DNA of 64,000 bases from Auanema rhodensis. Taxonomy: Eukaryota; Animalia; Nematoda. A program made the translations under genes and the position numbers. Of this stretch, positions 62,501-64,000 are shown in pieces. The stretch spans positions 14,074,001 through 14,138,000 of the forward strand of contig OZ059898.1 in the NCBI GenBank assembly GCA_964057225.1, in the 5' to 3' direction. The notes under the pieces were generated by a model. That model did no database searches, had not been told where the DNA came from, and saw nothing but the letters and a program-made list of their open reading frames with translations. How positions within the stretch are numbered: position 1 is the first letter of the stretch; the number at the start of each line of letters is the position of its first letter.

Positions 62501-64000
62501 CCCCGTCGAATGCTTGGAAGGCATCCATGCTGACCATTACACCACGAACGCTACAATAGGTTGTGAACTATTAGATTAGATGAGTTGACACATCTTTGAC
62601 TTCATTGATAATTACGAATGAAAAGCAGAAACATATTTTTTTCAAACGTTTCACATCAAAAATTCAAAAATGGACAAGCTCAAGTACTTTCAAAATCTTT
62701 GCAACATATTGCAATCAAATCATTCACAAAAAATGAAAAATGTTTGCGTTCGGGGGGAATCGAACCCCCGTCGAATGCTTGGAAGGCATCCATGCTGACC
62801 ATTACACCACGAACGCTACGATGGCTCTTGAACTATTAGATTAGATGAGTTGACACATCTTTGACTTCATTGATAATTACGAATGAAAAGCAGAAACATA
62901 TTTTTTTCAAACGTTTCACATCAAAAATTCAAAAATGGACAAGCTCAAGTATTTTCAAAATCTTTGCAACATATTGCAATCAAATCATTCACAAAAAATG
63001 AAAAATGTATGCGTTCGGGGGGAATCGAACCCCCGTCGAATGCTTGGAAGGCATCCATGCTGACCATTACACCACGAACGCTACGATGGCTCTTGAACTA
63101 TTAGATTAGATGAGTTGACACATCTTTGACTTCATATATAATTACGAATGAAAAGCAGAAACATATTTTTTTCAAACGTTTCACATCAAAAATTCAAAAA
63201 TGGACAAGCTCAAGTACTTTCAAAATCTTTGCAACATATTGCAAAACGTCAAACCATTCTTAAAAAATGAAAAATGTATGCGTTCGGGGGGAATCGAACC
63301 CCCGTCGAATGCTTGGAAGGCATCCATGCTGACCATTACACCACGAACGCTACAATAGGTTGTGAACTATTAGATTAGATGAGTTGACACATCTTTGACT
63401 TCATATATAATTACGAATGAAAAGCAGAAACATATTTTTTTCAAACGTTTCACATCAAAAATTCAAAAATGGACAAGCTCAAGTACTTTCAAAATCTTTG
63501 CAACATATTGCAAAACGTCAAACCATTCTTAAAAAATGAAAAATGTATGCGTTCGGGGGGAATCGAACCCCCGTCGAATGCTTGGAAGGCATCCATGCTG
63601 ACCATTACACCACGAACGCTACAATAGGTTGTGAACTATTAGATTAGATGAGTTGACACATCTTTGACTTCATTGATAATTACGAATGAAAAGCAGTAAC
63701 ATAGTTCTTTAAACGTTTCACGTGAAAAGTTAGAAAATGGACAAGCTAAAGTACTTTCAAAATCTTTGCAACATATTGCAATCAAATCATTCACAAAAAA
63801 TGAAAAATGTTTGCGTTCGGGGGGAATCGAACCCCCGTCGAATGCTTGGAAGGCATCCATGCTGACCATTACACCACGAACGCTACAATACGTTGTGAAC
63901 TATTAGATTAGATGAGTTGACACATCTTTGACTTCATTGATAATTACGAATGAAAAGCAGTAACATAGTTCTTTAAACGTTTCACGTGAAAAGTTAGAAA
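56559..64000 (-). repeat. tRNA-Gly(TCC) tandem array, block 3 (28 genes, continues past window)
   Basis: First tRNA 56614-56685, last 63812-63883. Confidence 0.95.

Noticed and set aside
9047-63869. About 150 short repeated ORFs (MTSLIITNEK..., MKSSNIFF..., MVSMDAFQ...)
   Set aside because: Incidental translations of the tRNA repeat unit. Frames shift with spacer homopolymer length.
8488-64000. CRISPR-like array
   Set aside because: The spacers are near-identical rather than unique, the constant part is a eukaryotic tRNA, and there are no cas genes.

Overview
Eukaryotic, most likely nematode, repeat-rich DNA with no recognisable host protein-coding gene. The left end (1-~8486) is the 3' part of a BEL/Pao LTR retroelement. 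Its single Gag-PR-RT-RNaseH-IN ORF continues into a phlebovirus Gc-like envelope, followed by a second triple-zinc-knuckle ORF and a 3' LTR. The rest of the window is a tandem array of roughly 155 near-identical tRNA-Gly(TCC) genes (minus strand, 263-270 bp unit). The array is interrupted, always in the spacer, by two related tRNA-Gln-primed Ty3/Gypsy families. Family 1 is present as five amplified solo LTRs, a non-autonomous copy, and a tandem pol-LTR-leader copy. Family 2 is one internally deleted copy whose Gag runs in frame into a signal peptide and a Cys-rich, probably class III viral fusion glycoprotein, implying a gag-env-(pol) order. The Gypsy LTRs show non-canonical CG termini, a split primer-binding site and a hairpin complementary to the tRNA-Gln D-arm. 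All family and fold assignments come from motif recognition; no database search was run.
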